From positions 8,781 through 50,431 of the forward strand of contig CAYTXA010000001.1 in NCBI GenBank assembly GCA_964440865.1: 41,651 bases of DNA, read 5' to 3'. Positions 9,192-19,023 of this stretch are shown in pieces. Under the pieces are notes generated by a model. That model did not search any database, was not told where the DNA came from, and was given only the letters and a program-made list of their open reading frames with translations. Source of the stretch: an uncultured Muribaculaceae bacterium. Its GTDB lineage: Bacteria > Bacteroidota > Bacteroidia > Bacteroidales > UBA932. Each line of letters begins with the position of its first letter. Within the stretch, counting starts at the first letter, position 1. The position numbers and the translations under genes are program-made.

Positions 9192-11021
9192 ATGTCGGAA
9201 TACATCGTATCTGCAAGGAAATACCGTCCGGACTCGTTCGATTCGCTGATCGGCCAGGACAATATCGTACAGACGCTGAAGAACTCCATCAGGCGCGGGC
9301 AACTGGCTCATGCCTATCTGTTCTGCGGTCCGCGTGGAGTCGGAAAGACCAGCGCCGCGAGGATATTCGCCAAGACCATAAACTGCGAGAACCTCTCCGA
9401 GGATCTCGAGCCGTGCGGGCATTGCGAGTCATGCATATCCTTCCAGGAGGGACGCTCGTACTGTATCCATGAGCTCGATGCCGCATCGAACAACTCCGTC
9501 GACGACATCAAGGCCCTGATCGACCAGGTCAATGTGCCTCCGCAGGTCGGAAAGTACAGCGTGTTCATAGTCGATGAGGTCCACATGCTGTCGCAGGCGG
9601 CCTTCAACGCGTTCCTCAAGACTCTCGAGGAACCGCCCGCACATGCGATCTTCATCCTCGCCACGACCGAGAAGCACAAGGTCCTTCCGACCATCATGTC
9701 CCGTTGCCAGACCTACGACTTCAACCGCATCAGCATCGCGGACATGGTGCGCAACATGAGGATGATAGCGGAGAAGGAGGGCATCAGCATCGACGACGAG
9801 TCGCTCCACGTCATTGCGATGAAGGCGGACGGGGCGATGAGGGATGCGCTGACGATATTCGACCAGACGGTTGCATTCTGCGGAACGGACATACGCTACG
9901 AGGATGTGCTGCGCAATCTCGGCGTGCTGGGATATGACTACAGCTTCTCGCTCGTGGATGCATTCCTCAATGCGGACTACAAGACGGCTCTCCGGACTCT
10001 AGACGAGATTCTTTCGAAGGGATTCAATGCCCTGTATTTCGTGACGTCGCTGAGTTCGCACCTGCGCGACCTTGTCGTGGCGAAGGAGGACGGACTGGAT
10101 TCGCTTCTCGAACTGCCTGATTCTCTGAAGAAAAGGTATCGCGAGCAGGCATCGAGGTGCTCTCTGCGTTTCCTCTACGAGGCGCTGGGGATCTCGGTGG
10201 CATGCGAGGGCGAGTACAGGCAGGCGGTGAATCCCAGGCTCCATATCGAGTACGCGCTCATGCGCATCTGCTGGCTTTCCCGCCAGGCAGACGCCCAGCA
10301 GCCGAAACCTGTCGCTCCTGCCCCTTCAGTTGCTTCCGCACCGAAGCCGGCATCCGGAGTTGCCGCTCCGGTTGCAGCGAAACCGGCTCCGCAGCCAGCA
10401 ACTCCAGCAGCTCCAGCGGCACCCGCAGCACCCGCCGCTCCCGTGGCTACTTCAGCCCCGGCCGCTGCCGCAAGTCCCGCTACTCCCGCCACTCCCGCTA
10501 CTCCCGCAGCTCCTGCCGCCCCCGCAGCTCCCGCCGCGCGACGTCGCCCGGGTCCCGCGACCAAGCCTTCCGCCCTGTCCCTCAAGTCCATGGCGACAGT
10601 GCAGCAGGATGCCGCCCCGTCCCTGAGGCAGGAAGACAACAGCCCCGTCCCCGATGACGCGACCGTAGCCGAAGCCTGGAACAAGCTCCCCGACGAGTAC
10701 AAGGCCGACAAGCCGAGGCTCTACGCCGCGCTCAGCTCCAGGAAGTTCTCCGTCTCTGAGGAAGACGGAAAGAAAGTCCTGACTTTCAACGTAATGAACG
10801 AAGGCCAGAGAAAATGGGTCGAAGAGGGCGTACTGAAAGAGCTTGAAACCAAACTGCGCCGCAACACGGGATCCTCGAAGGTGATCCTGAGAGTGGGCGT
10901 GATCCCGGACGAGCAGGTCGAGGAGAAGCCCTACATTCCTGACGAACAGGCAATAGAACTGATAAACGGCAATCCGGAGGTCAAGAACCTCGTGAAGGAC
11001 TTCGGACTGGACACAAAATAA
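9192..11021 (+). CDS. dnaX: DNA polymerase III subunit gamma/tau
   Basis: Motifs ARKYRP, HAYLFCGPRGVGKT, a C4 zinc motif, ELDAASN, DEVHML, FNAFLKTLEEPP and SRCQ. Start moved to ATG 9192 (MSEYIVSARKY). Confidence 0.97.
   Translation: MSEYIVSARKYRPDSFDSLIGQDNIVQTLKNSIRRGQLAHAYLFCGPRGVGKTSAARIFAKTINCENLSEDLEPCGHCESCISFQEGRSYCIHELDAASNNSVDDIKALIDQVNVPPQVGKYSVFIVDEVHMLSQAAFNAFLKTLEEPPAHAIFILATTEKHKVLPTIMSRCQTYDFNRISIADMVRNMRMIAEKEGISIDDESLHVIAMKADGAMRDALTIFDQTVAFCGTDIRYEDVLRNLGVLGYDYSFSLVDAFLNADYKTALRTLDEILSKGFNALYFVTSLSSHLRDLVVAKEDGLDSLLELPDSLKKRYREQASRCSLRFLYEALGISVACEGEYRQAVNPRLHIEYALMRICWLSRQADAQQPKPVAPAPSVASAPKPASGVAAPVAAKPAPQPATPAAPAAPAAPAAPVATSAPAAAASPATPATPATPAAPAAPAAPAARRRPGPATKPSALSLKSMATVQQDAAPSLRQEDNSPVPDDATVAEAWNKLPDEYKADKPRLYAALSSRKFSVSEEDGKKVLTFNVMNEGQRKWVEEGVLKELETKLRRNTGSSKVILRVGVIPDEQVEEKPYIPDEQAIELINGNPEVKNLVKDFGLDTK
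10395..10540 (+). repeat. Degenerate 9-bp coding tandem repeats (PAA/PAT) in the DnaX linker
   Basis: Two blocks of CCNGCN(A/G)CN units, e.g. cccgctact cccgccact cccgctact cccgcagct. Confidence 0.8.
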
Positions 11022-11027
11022 CAGGAA

Positions 11028-11843
11028 ATGAAACTCAGAGCTGAACATCTGGTCAAGAAATACGGAGTCAGGACGGTCGTCAAGGGCGTATCCATGGAGG
11101 TGAGCCAGGGCGAGATCGTCGGATTCCTCGGCCCCAACGGGGCAGGAAAGACCACCAGCTTCTACATGATAACAGGACAGATAGTCCCGAACGACGGACA
11201 TGTCTACCTCGACGACGAGGAAATAACGAAACTCCCGATGTATAAACGCTCGCAGAAGGGAATCGGATACCTTCCCCAGGAGGCGTCCGTGTTCAGGAAG
11301 ATGAGCGTCGAGGACAACATCATGTCTGTCATGGAGATGGCGGGCATGCCGAAGCAGGTCAGGGACAACCGTCTGGAGGAACTGATAGACGAATTCAATC
11401 TTTCCAAAGTGCGCAAGAGCCTCGGAATCCAGCTTTCCGGAGGCGAGAGACGCCGCTGCGAGATTGCCCGCGCCCTTGCCGTGGACCCGAAATTCATCCT
11501 TCTGGACGAACCGTTCGCCGGAGTCGACCCGATTGCTGTCGAGGACATCCAGTATATCATAGCCAAGCTGAAGTACAAGAATATCGGAGTGATAATCACG
11601 GACCACAATGTGGCTGAGACTCTTGCAATTACGGACAGGGCATACCTTCTCTACGAAGGCACTATCCTCCAGCATGGCACCCCGCAGCAGCTTGCCGCCG
11701 ACGAGGATGTCCGTACGAAATATCTTGGCAGCGGATTTGTACTGAAACGCTCCGTGTCCGTCGAAAGGGCGCAGAGAGAGCATGCCGAGCTCATGGCAAA
11801 GCGTGCCGCTGCCGAGACGGAGACAAAACAGAAGGAGGACTGA
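11028..11843 (+). CDS. lptB: LPS export ABC transporter ATP-binding protein
   Basis: Motifs [48 protein letters not shown] and ITDHNV. Confidence 0.95.
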   Translation: MKLRAEHLVKKYGVRTVVKGVSMEVSQGEIVGFLGPNGAGKTTSFYMITGQIVPNDGHVYLDDEEITKLPMYKRSQKGIGYLPQEASVFRKMSVEDNIMSVMEMAGMPKQVRDNRLEELIDEFNLSKVRKSLGIQLSGGERRRCEIARALAVDPKFILLDEPFAGVDPIAVEDIQYIIAKLKYKNIGVIITDHNVAETLAITDRAYLLYEGTILQHGTPQQLAADEDVRTKYLGSGFVLKRSVSVERAQREHAELMAKRAAAETETKQKED

Positions 11844-11844
11844 G

Positions 11845-12996
11845 ATGAAAATTCTGGTTGTAGATGACGAGAGGGCTATCAGGAATTCCCTCAAGGAGAT
11901 ACTCGAAGACGAAGGATACACGGTCGACCTTGCCGAAGACGGCCAGATGTGTATCGACATGGCGGAGAAAGACCATTACGATGTCATTTTCTGCGACATA
12001 AAGATGCCGGGAATGGAAGGCACGGAGGTTCTCCGCAAGCTCGTTTCCGACGGGATAGACTCTGCCATAATCATGATTTCCGGCCATGGGGACATAGACA
12101 CCGCCGTGGAATGCATAAAGGACGGAGCGTTCGACTTCATCCAGAAACCGCTGGATCTCAACAGGATACTGATCACGATCAAGAATGCCTCCGAGAGAGG
12201 GAACCTTGTCAAGGAGAACAAGACGCTCCGCAAGAAGGTCTACGGACAGCAGATGATCGGAGAGTCGGAGCCTATCATGAAGGTCAGGAACCTCATCGAG
12301 AAGGTGGCTCCTACCAGCGCGAGGGTGCTGATAACCGGTGCGAACGGTACGGGAAAGGAACTGGTCGCCCGCAGCCTCTACCAGATGAGCGACCGCGCCG
12401 ACAAGCCCTATATCGAGGTCAACTGTGCGGCAATTCCTTCGGAGCTGATCGAAAGCGAGCTGTTCGGCCACGAAAAGGGCTCGTTCACTTCCGCCGTAAA
12501 GCAGCACAAGGGCAAGTTCGAGCAGGCTGACGGAGGTACCCTCTTCCTCGACGAGATCGGGGACATGAGCCTGGCTGCCCAGGCAAAGGTACTGCGCGTG
12601 CTGCAGGAGAGAAAACTCTCAAGGGTCGGCAGCGACAAGGACATAGAGGTGGATGTCAGGGTGATAGCCGCCACGAACAAGGATCTTCTCGAGGAAATCC
12701 GGAAGGGAAATTTCAGGGAAGACCTCTACCACAGACTTTCCGTAATCATCATAAAAGTTCCCACCCTGGACGAAAGGAAGGACGATATTCCGCTGCTGGT
12801 CAACTACTTCACGGAACAGATCTGCAGCGAGAACGGGAAACCAACCCGAAAGTTGGACCCGGATGCTGTCAAGGCGCTCATGGACAAGACATGGCCCGGC
12901 AACATCAGGGAGCTCCGCAACGTGGTCGAACGTCTGCTGATCCTGGGAGACGACACGATTTCCCTGCAGAATGTTCGGGACTACGTAAGCCAATGA
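11845..12996 (+). CDS. Sigma54-interacting response regulator (REC + AAA+, NtrX-like), no C-terminal HTH
   Basis: REC domain (VVDDE, CDIKMP, FIQKP); AAA+ domain (GANGTGKE, ELFGHEKGSFTSA, LFLDEI, FREDLYHRL, WPGNIREL); 383 aa, ending right after the AAA+ lid. Confidence 0.92.
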   Translation: MKILVVDDERAIRNSLKEILEDEGYTVDLAEDGQMCIDMAEKDHYDVIFCDIKMPGMEGTEVLRKLVSDGIDSAIIMISGHGDIDTAVECIKDGAFDFIQKPLDLNRILITIKNASERGNLVKENKTLRKKVYGQQMIGESEPIMKVRNLIEKVAPTSARVLITGANGTGKELVARSLYQMSDRADKPYIEVNCAAIPSELIESELFGHEKGSFTSAVKQHKGKFEQADGGTLFLDEIGDMSLAAQAKVLRVLQERKLSRVGSDKDIEVDVRVIAATNKDLLEEIRKGNFREDLYHRLSVIIIKVPTLDERKDDIPLLVNYFTEQICSENGKPTRKLDPDAVKALMDKTWPGNIRELRNVVERLLILGDDTISLQNVRDYVSQ

Positions 12997-13000
12997 CAAT

Positions 13001-13690
13001 ATGAAAATTCCAGATATAACAATAGCCGTCGACGGCTACTCTTCCACGGGCAAGAGCACATTCGCCAAGCTTATTGCCAAGGAATTCGGTTTCCTGTATC
13101 TCGATTCGGGCGCGATGTACAGGGGCGTCACGCTTTTTGCGCTCGAAAACGGCATGATAGAGGACAGGGAGAAGGTGGACGAGGCGCGTCTTGCCGCCGC
13201 TCTTCCTACCCTTGACCTGCATTTCGGGCCTGACGGGCGCACCATGATCGGGGACCGCGAGGTCGAGGACGAGATCCGCAGCATGCGTGTTTCGGGCAGC
13301 GTAAGTCCCGTTGCCACAATACCTTCCGTCAGGGATTACGTAGACGGAAGACTCCATAATTTCGCTGCCGGAGGCCGCGTCGTGATGGACGGCAGGGATA
13401 TCGGAACGACGGTGTTCCCGAATGCGGAAGTGAAGATATTCATGGTTGCGGATGACCGTGTACGCGCCCAGAGGCGGTATGACGAGATGGTCCGCAAAGG
13501 ACAGACCCCGAACTTCGAGGATGTGCTGTCGAACCTGCGCGAGCGCGACTACATCGACTCCCACAGGGAGACATCTCCCCTGCGCAGGGCCGAAGACGCC
13601 TATCGCCTCGACAACTCGGACATGGGGCTGAACGAGGAGCTTTCATGGCTCAGGGGTCTGCTGATGGGCAAGTTCGGGATTCTGGAATAA
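13001..13690 (+). CDS. cmk: Cytidylate kinase
   Basis: Motifs IAVDGYSSTGKST, YLDSGAMYR, VMDGRDIGTTVFP and RDYIDSHR..SPL. Confidence 0.96.
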   Translation: MKIPDITIAVDGYSSTGKSTFAKLIAKEFGFLYLDSGAMYRGVTLFALENGMIEDREKVDEARLAAALPTLDLHFGPDGRTMIGDREVEDEIRSMRVSGSVSPVATIPSVRDYVDGRLHNFAAGGRVVMDGRDIGTTVFPNAEVKIFMVADDRVRAQRRYDEMVRKGQTPNFEDVLSNLRERDYIDSHRETSPLRRAEDAYRLDNSDMGLNEELSWLRGLLMGKFGILE

Positions 13691-14568
13691 TGGACCTAAA
13701 GGTTGAAATAGATCCCCATTCCGGTTTCTGCGGGGGAGTCATCAGGGCGATCGGCAGCGCTGAGAAGTTCCTGGACGGATCGTCCCGGCCGCTCTATTCG
13801 CTCGGAAGCATAGTGCACAATGAGGCGGAACTGCGCCGTCTGGGGGAAAGAGGCCTGCGGATTATCGGGCTTGACGACCTGGGAAGGCTCCCGGAAGGCT
13901 CCGATGTACTGATCAGGGCCCATGGCGAGCCTCCTGCTACATATGAAGCTGCATCCCGTGCCGGAATCCACCTCATTGACTGTACCTGTCCCGTGGTGCT
14001 GCAGCTGCAGAAGAGCATAGCTGCCGCATACAAGTCCGGCAGTCAGGTGATTATATTCGGCAAACCGGGCCACGCCGAAGTGCTCGGGCTCGTGGGCCAG
14101 GTCGGGGGCGATGCCCTTGTGGTTGCAGACATGGAGATGCTCTGCAATGCCATCTCGGAAGGGAAGGTCAGGCGCGAAGGCCCCGTGGACATCTTCTCTC
14201 AGACGACAAAGAGCCCTTCGGAATATGACAAGGTCTGCACTGCTGTGAGGGAGGCACTTCTTCCCCATGCCGTCCTGAACGTACACCATACGATCTGCCG
14301 CCAGGTCGGTTCGCGCTACGAACAGCTGTCCGCATTTGCCAGCTCCCACTCCGTCATAGTCTTCGTCGCGGGAAAGGATTCCTCGAACGGGAGGGTACTT
14401 TCGGATCTCTGCAGGAGAGTGAACCCTCGCACCTACAATGTGCTTTCGGAAAACGATGTCGACGCTTCATGGTTCCGTGACGGAGATGATGTCGGCATTG
14501 CAGGTGCCACGTCGACTCCGAAATGGCTGCTTGATTCCGTAGCTGAGAAAATTTTGCAACTTAGCTAG
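13690..14568 (+). CDS. ispH: 4-hydroxy-3-methylbut-2-enyl diphosphate reductase
   Basis: Motifs GFC.GV.RAI, IVHN, IRAHG, DCTCP.V, SQTT, TIC, SSN and AGATSTP; TAATG coupling with cmk. Confidence 0.95.
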   Translation: MDLKVEIDPHSGFCGGVIRAIGSAEKFLDGSSRPLYSLGSIVHNEAELRRLGERGLRIIGLDDLGRLPEGSDVLIRAHGEPPATYEAASRAGIHLIDCTCPVVLQLQKSIAAAYKSGSQVIIFGKPGHAEVLGLVGQVGGDALVVADMEMLCNAISEGKVRREGPVDIFSQTTKSPSEYDKVCTAVREALLPHAVLNVHHTICRQVGSRYEQLSAFASSHSVIVFVAGKDSSNGRVLSDLCRRVNPRTYNVLSENDVDASWFRDGDDVGIAGATSTPKWLLDSVAEKILQLS

Positions 14569-14584
14569 ATATTAAGTACTTTTG
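14553..14584 (+). promoter_or_regulatory. -33/-7 promoter for efp
   Basis: TTTG at 14553-14556, a 20-nt spacer, then TACTTTTG at 14577-14584. Confidence 0.75.
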
Positions 14585-14618
14585 CGAGCTATTCCGAAAC
14601 TAAAGCAAACAAAATATT

Positions 14619-15182
14619 ATGGCAACAACAGCTGATTTCAAAAACGGACTTTTCCTCAAGTATAATGACAAGCCCTGCCAGATCGTCTGGTTCCAGCACG
14701 TAAAGCCCGGCAAAGGCCCCGCATTCGTAAAGGCAAAGCTCCGCAATCTCGAAAACGGTCGTATCCTTGAGAACACCTTCACTGCCGGCGTCAAGATCGA
14801 CACCATCGAGGTGGAGAGGCGTCCGTATCAGTTCCTCTATGCAGACGAGGACGGTTTCAACTTCATGCATGAGGAGACATTCGAGCAGATTCACCTTCCC
14901 AAGGACGTCGTCGAGAACTCCGACCTCATGAAGGACGGCCAGCACGTCGAGATGATGTTCCTCGTCGACGAGGACAGGGTTCTGACCTGCGAGCTCCCGA
15001 CCTATGTAACCCTCAAGGTCACATATTCCGAGCCTGCCGTCAAGGGCAATACCGCCAGCACCAGCGCCCTGAAGGAAGTCACCCTCGAGACCGGTGCCAA
15101 GATCATGGTTCCCCTCTTCATCAACACGGGCGACACCATCACCGTCAACACCACCGATCGTTCCTACGGCCAGAGGGTATAA
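14619..15182 (+). CDS. efp: Elongation factor P
   Basis: Motifs HVKPGKGPAFV, KGNT, LETGA.I.VPLFI and Y..R at the C-terminus. Confidence 0.97.
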   Translation: MATTADFKNGLFLKYNDKPCQIVWFQHVKPGKGPAFVKAKLRNLENGRILENTFTAGVKIDTIEVERRPYQFLYADEDGFNFMHEETFEQIHLPKDVVENSDLMKDGQHVEMMFLVDEDRVLTCELPTYVTLKVTYSEPAVKGNTASTSALKEVTLETGAKIMVPLFINTGDTITVNTTDRSYGQRV

Positions 15183-15206
15183 GACTATACTGCAAAAGAA
15201 GTCTGG

Positions 15207-15238
15207 TCCCGCCCCTCCAAGAGGCGGGATTTCCTTTG
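15207..15238 (+). terminator. Probable intrinsic terminator after efp
   Basis: TCCCGCC...GGCGGGA stem followed by TTTCCTTTG. Confidence 0.6.
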
Positions 15239-15267
15239 TCCAGTGGCTTAGATATCAGAAAAAAGGC

Positions 15268-15275
15268 TATCTTTG
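15268..15275 (+). promoter_or_regulatory. -7 box upstream of engB
   Basis: TATCTTTG 34 nt before the ATG at 15310. Confidence 0.6.
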
Positions 15276-15309
15276 TAGCTAAGGCAGGAAAATCGGACAC
15301 CCACTCACC

Positions 15310-15903
15310 ATGATAATCAAGGAAGCAACATTTGCCGGGAGCAGCGTCTCGGTAGGAGGCAAACCCGCGGAGAAACATCCTGAGATTGCCTTCATCGGGC
15401 GGTCCAATGTCGGCAAGTCTTCCCTGATCAATATGCTCTGCGGGAGGAAGTCGCTTGCGATGACGAGCGCGACCCCCGGCAAGACCAAGGTGGTCAACCA
15501 CTTCCTGATCAACGGCAGCTGGTACCTCGTGGATCTTCCCGGATATGGTTTCGCCAAGCTTCCGCTCAGGGAGAGGGACCGCCTGCGTGACATCATCAGC
15601 GACTACCTCACCAATTCGAAGGAGATGCTGATGCTGTTTGTCCTCGTGGATTCGCGCCTGCCGCTCCAGAAGATAGACCTGGACTTCCTGACAGAACTCG
15701 GCGAGAACCAGGTCCCGTTCGGGATAATCTTCACGAAGGGGGACAAGATGGGACCTGTCGCCCTCAGGCGGAATACGGACGCCTACAAGCAGCAGCTGCT
15801 TGAATATTGGGAATCGCTTCCCCCCTGCTTCGAGTCCTCTTCGAAGAGCGGACTCGGGAGAGAGGAAATCCTGTCATATATCGAATCAATTTTAACCAAC
15901 TGA
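15310..15903 (+). CDS. engB: Ribosome biogenesis GTPase YihA/YsxC
   Basis: Motifs GRSNVGKSSLIN, TPGKT, DLPGYG and TKGDK. Confidence 0.95.
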   Translation: MIIKEATFAGSSVSVGGKPAEKHPEIAFIGRSNVGKSSLINMLCGRKSLAMTSATPGKTKVVNHFLINGSWYLVDLPGYGFAKLPLRERDRLRDIISDYLTNSKEMLMLFVLVDSRLPLQKIDLDFLTELGENQVPFGIIFTKGDKMGPVALRRNTDAYKQQLLEYWESLPPCFESSSKSGLGREEILSYIESILTN

Positions 15904-15908
15904 TAACC

Positions 15909-16883
15909 ATGCATTTCGAAAACAGAATGGAATTATTCACCTGCAGGGCATCTCGGTACTTTGCAGAAAAGGTAGTTGAGGAAATGAACAAACTGCCAAA
16001 CCTGGATGGCCCCGTACACCTCGGCGCGTCCGAGTGCACGCAGTTCAGCGATGGAGAGTTCCAGCCGTCGTACCTTGAGAGTGTCAGAGGCGCGACTGTT
16101 TTCATCATCCAGTCCACTTTCCCCTCTGCCGACAACCTGATGGAGCTTATGCTGATGATCGATGCGGCCAGAAGAGCATCCGCATACAAGGTCATCGCCG
16201 TAATGCCGTATTTCGGATGGGCTCGCCAGGACCGCAAGGACCGCCCGAGGGTTTCCATCGGAGCCAAGGTCGTTGCCAACATGCTGAGGTCAGTGGGCAC
16301 CGACAGGGTCATGACGACAGACCTGCATGCCGACCAGATTCAGGGATTCTTCGACATCCCCGTGGACCACATCTACGCCAGCAATGTCTTTATCCCCTAC
16401 ATCAAGAGCATGGATATCCCGAACCTTGCGATCGCTGCTCCCGACATGGGAGGCGCAAAGAGGGCAAGCGCCTATGCCAGGGAACTTGGATGCCCGGTTA
16501 TCATCTGCCATAAGGCCCGCGCCAGGGCGAATGTCGTCGACAGCATCACTGCCATCGGCGAAATCGAGGGCAAGAACGTCGTGATCGTGGACGATATGAT
16601 CGATACTGCCGGCACGCTTTCGAAGGCAGCCCAGGTGCTGACCGACAGGGGAGCCGCCAGCGTACGCGCATGCGCCACGCACGCAATCCTCTCCGGTCCC
16701 GCCTATGACAGGATCAATGCTTCCACCCTGAAGGAAGTGCTTGTCAGCGACACCCTTCCGCTTACGGCAAAGGAAGGTGTCGACAAGAGCAAGATCAAGG
16801 TCGTGTCGCTCGCCGCGACCTACGCCAAGATCATCCTCAAGGTGTTCAACAACGAGCCCATAAGCTCTGAATTCATCTATTAG
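15909..16883 (+). CDS. prs: Ribose-phosphate pyrophosphokinase
   Basis: Motifs FSDGE, PYFGWARQDRK, DLHADQIQGFF, PDMGG and VDDMIDTAGT; start set at ATG 15909. Confidence 0.96.
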   Translation: MHFENRMELFTCRASRYFAEKVVEEMNKLPNLDGPVHLGASECTQFSDGEFQPSYLESVRGATVFIIQSTFPSADNLMELMLMIDAARRASAYKVIAVMPYFGWARQDRKDRPRVSIGAKVVANMLRSVGTDRVMTTDLHADQIQGFFDIPVDHIYASNVFIPYIKSMDIPNLAIAAPDMGGAKRASAYARELGCPVIICHKARARANVVDSITAIGEIEGKNVVIVDDMIDTAGTLSKAAQVLTDRGAASVRACATHAILSGPAYDRINASTLKEVLVSDTLPLTAKEGVDKSKIKVVSLAATYAKIILKVFNNEPISSEFIY

Positions 16884-16898
16884 TTTCATTTATAAGGC

Positions 16899-17156
16899 AT
16901 GAAGGTCTTTCTCGCCGCTCTCGTATTCGTTGCACTCTGCGTCGTGGGCCTGGGATTCAACATCTTCTTCAGGAAGAAGGAATTCCCCCAGTTCGACGTG
17001 GGTTCCAACGAGGAAATGCGGAAAAGAGGTATCAAGTGCATGCGTGAGGTGGACGACGACATCCATTCCGGCAAGAAGAAGGATGGCGCGGTCTGCAACG
17101 GGGTCGTGTCCGACGAGTGCATCGGATGCGGACTGTACACGCTTGAGAAAAAGTAA
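16899..17156 (+). CDS. Small membrane-anchored Cys-rich hypothetical protein
   Basis: 85 aa; N-terminal hydrophobic helix; fills the prs-der gap with 15-nt and 6-nt spacers; GC3-rich codons like its neighbours. Confidence 0.8.
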   Translation: MKVFLAALVFVALCVVGLGFNIFFRKKEFPQFDVGSNEEMRKRGIKCMREVDDDIHSGKKKDGAVCNGVVSDECIGCGLYTLEKK

Positions 17157-17162
17157 TTTTTT

Positions 17163-18470
17163 ATGAGTCTGGTTGCGATAGTCGGGAGACCGAACGTAGG
17201 AAAGTCGACGCTCTTCAACCGTCTGGTCGGTGGCCGTGTGGCCATCGTGGACAAGGTCTCGGGCGTCACGAGAGACCGTCATTACGGCAAGTGCGAATGG
17301 TCGGGGAAGGAATTCTCCGTAGTGGATACCGGTGGCTGGACCTCCGGATCCGACGATGCATTCGAGGGAGAAATCAGAAAGCAGGTTACGGTCGCTGTCG
17401 AGGAAGCCGACCTCATCCTTTTCATGGTTGAGGCGGCGACAGGGATCACGGACTATGATTCCGAGATAGCAGACCTGCTCCGCAGGAGCGGAAAACCCGT
17501 GGTCGTCTGTGTGAACAAGGTGGACTCGGGCGAGAAGATGTATGATGCTTACCAGTTCTATTCTCTCGGACTGGGAGAAATCTGGGCGATATCTTCGGCA
17601 ACGGGAAGTGGCACCGGTGACCTTCTGGACGAGGTCCTGAGGCGTCTGCCCCCGGATCCTACCCCGGAAAACGACCACCCGGGAGTCCCGCGCATTGCGA
17701 TCGTGGGAAAGCCCAACGTGGGCAAGTCTTCCCTCACGAACACGCTGCTCGGCGAGGAAAGGAACATCGTCACCCCTGTGGCGGGAACCACAAGAGATGC
17801 CATCTCGACGTACTACAACAAGTACGGGCATGAGTTCATGCTGGTGGACACTGCCGGAATACGCCGCAAGAACAAGGTGACGGAGGACCTGGAGTTCTAC
17901 TCCGTGATGCGTTCCATCAGGGCCATCGAGAATTCGGATGTCTGCGTCCTGATGATAGATGCCACTTCCGGAATGGAGGCCCAGGACATGAATATCTTCA
18001 ACCTCATAGTCCGCAACCGCAAGGGCTGCGTGCTCGTCGTGAACAAGTGGGATCTTTTCGAGAAGGATTCCGGTACGTTGAAGGAGTACACCGAAGGCCT
18101 GAAGGCGAGGATTGCCCCCTTCGACGATGTGCCGATCATCTTCACGTCCGTCCTGACGAAGCAAAGAATCCAGAATGTGCTGGACGAGATCGCCCACGTC
18201 TGGGAGAACTACTCCAGGAAAATCCCGACGAACAAGCTCAACGAGGAGATGCTTCCCGAGATTGAGGCTTACCCGCCTCCCGCATGGAAGGGCAAGTACA
18301 TAAAGATCAAGTACGTGACCCAGCTTCCGACGAAATTCCCTGCTGTGGCGTTCTTCTGCAACCTTCCGCAGTATGTCAGGGATCCCTACAAGCGCTTCCT
18401 CGAGAACAAGCTCAGGGAGAGGTTCGATTTCCTTGGCTGCCCGCTTCAGATCTACATCAGGCAGAAATAA
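17163..18470 (+). CDS. der: Ribosome biogenesis GTPase Der
   Basis: Two G domains ([16 protein letters not shown] and [16 protein letters not shown]) plus a KH-like C-terminus. Confidence 0.97.
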   Translation: MSLVAIVGRPNVGKSTLFNRLVGGRVAIVDKVSGVTRDRHYGKCEWSGKEFSVVDTGGWTSGSDDAFEGEIRKQVTVAVEEADLILFMVEAATGITDYDSEIADLLRRSGKPVVVCVNKVDSGEKMYDAYQFYSLGLGEIWAISSATGSGTGDLLDEVLRRLPPDPTPENDHPGVPRIAIVGKPNVGKSSLTNTLLGEERNIVTPVAGTTRDAISTYYNKYGHEFMLVDTAGIRRKNKVTEDLEFYSVMRSIRAIENSDVCVLMIDATSGMEAQDMNIFNLIVRNRKGCVLVVNKWDLFEKDSGTLKEYTEGLKARIAPFDDVPIIFTSVLTKQRIQNVLDEIAHVWENYSRKIPTNKLNEEMLPEIEAYPPPAWKGKYIKIKYVTQLPTKFPAVAFFCNLPQYVRDPYKRFLENKLRERFDFLGCPLQIYIRQK

Positions 18471-18471
18471 C

Positions 18472-18506
18472 AAATGAACGGACGTCATCACGACGTCCGT
18501 TCATTT
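18472..18506. terminator. Probable bidirectional terminator between der and the convergent DUF4783 gene
   Basis: 15-bp perfect inverted repeat AAATGAACGGACGTC-atcac-GACGTCCGTTCATTT. Confidence 0.8.
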
Positions 18507-18570
18507 TCATTAACCCTATTATTATCAACTAAACTAACCGACTTCCTGAAAGAGCAAACGGCGTGCCAAA

Positions 18571-18987
18571 CTATTCCGACTGCTCTATCTTTATCTGTTG
18601 GATGTGGTATCCGTCGTCCCGGTAGTTCAGGTAGATTGTCACTCCGAAGGTTTCGCCGCCGGCATTGAGCGACCCGATGGCGTATTTCATGTTGCTGCTG
18701 GATGCCGTGTGGGCGATGCGGAATTCCCTTGGACTGTAGTTGTCGAAGAAAGTCTTCATGATCTGCTTCGCCTGATTGCGGCTGGCGTCGTTGGACGACG
18801 AGAATACCGTGATCTCCAGGTCATTGTCGAACCAAGCCGACAGGCTCTCGGCGTCCCCGTGCGCTATGTATTTCGCGATGGGGATGAAAACGTCATAATT
18901 CTTGGTCGTCCCAGGCCCTTGTCCGTAAGCGATGCTGCAGGCAAGTAGCCCGGCAAGGGCGAGAACCAGTGATATGGATTTCCTCAT
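18571..18987 (-). CDS. DUF4783-like exported protein
   Basis: Signal peptide; pattern GDA..LS..F....E / SRNQA.QI.K.FF....P..F / YAIG.L resembles Bacteroidota DUF4783 (recalled, not searched). Confidence 0.75.
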   Translation of the reverse strand: MRKSISLVLALAGLLACSIAYGQGPGTTKNYDVFIPIAKYIAHGDAESLSAWFDNDLEITVFSSSNDASRNQAKQIMKTFFDNYSPREFRIAHTASSSNMKYAIGSLNAGGETFGVTIYLNYRDDGYHIQQIKIEQSE

Positions 18988-19007
18988 GAAATTGCAGTTC
19001 GAATAAC

Positions 19008-19023
19008 TGGCATGTCAGTTGCA
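19008..19023 (+). promoter_or_regulatory. Candidate sigma54 -24/-12 promoter facing rlmH and the histidine kinase
   Basis: TGGCATG-TCAG-TTGCA matches the consensus TGGCAYG-N4-TTGCW. Confidence 0.55.

Noticed and set aside
10120-10700. Programmed -1 frameshift or slippage site producing a DnaX gamma form
   Set aside because: No A AAA AAG heptamer or long A run was found; GAAGAAAAGG near 10128 does not fit
18472-18506. 15-bp inverted repeat as a mobile-element end or operator
   Set aside because: Its position right after the der stop, between convergent genes, is fully explained by a terminator; no target duplication or transposase
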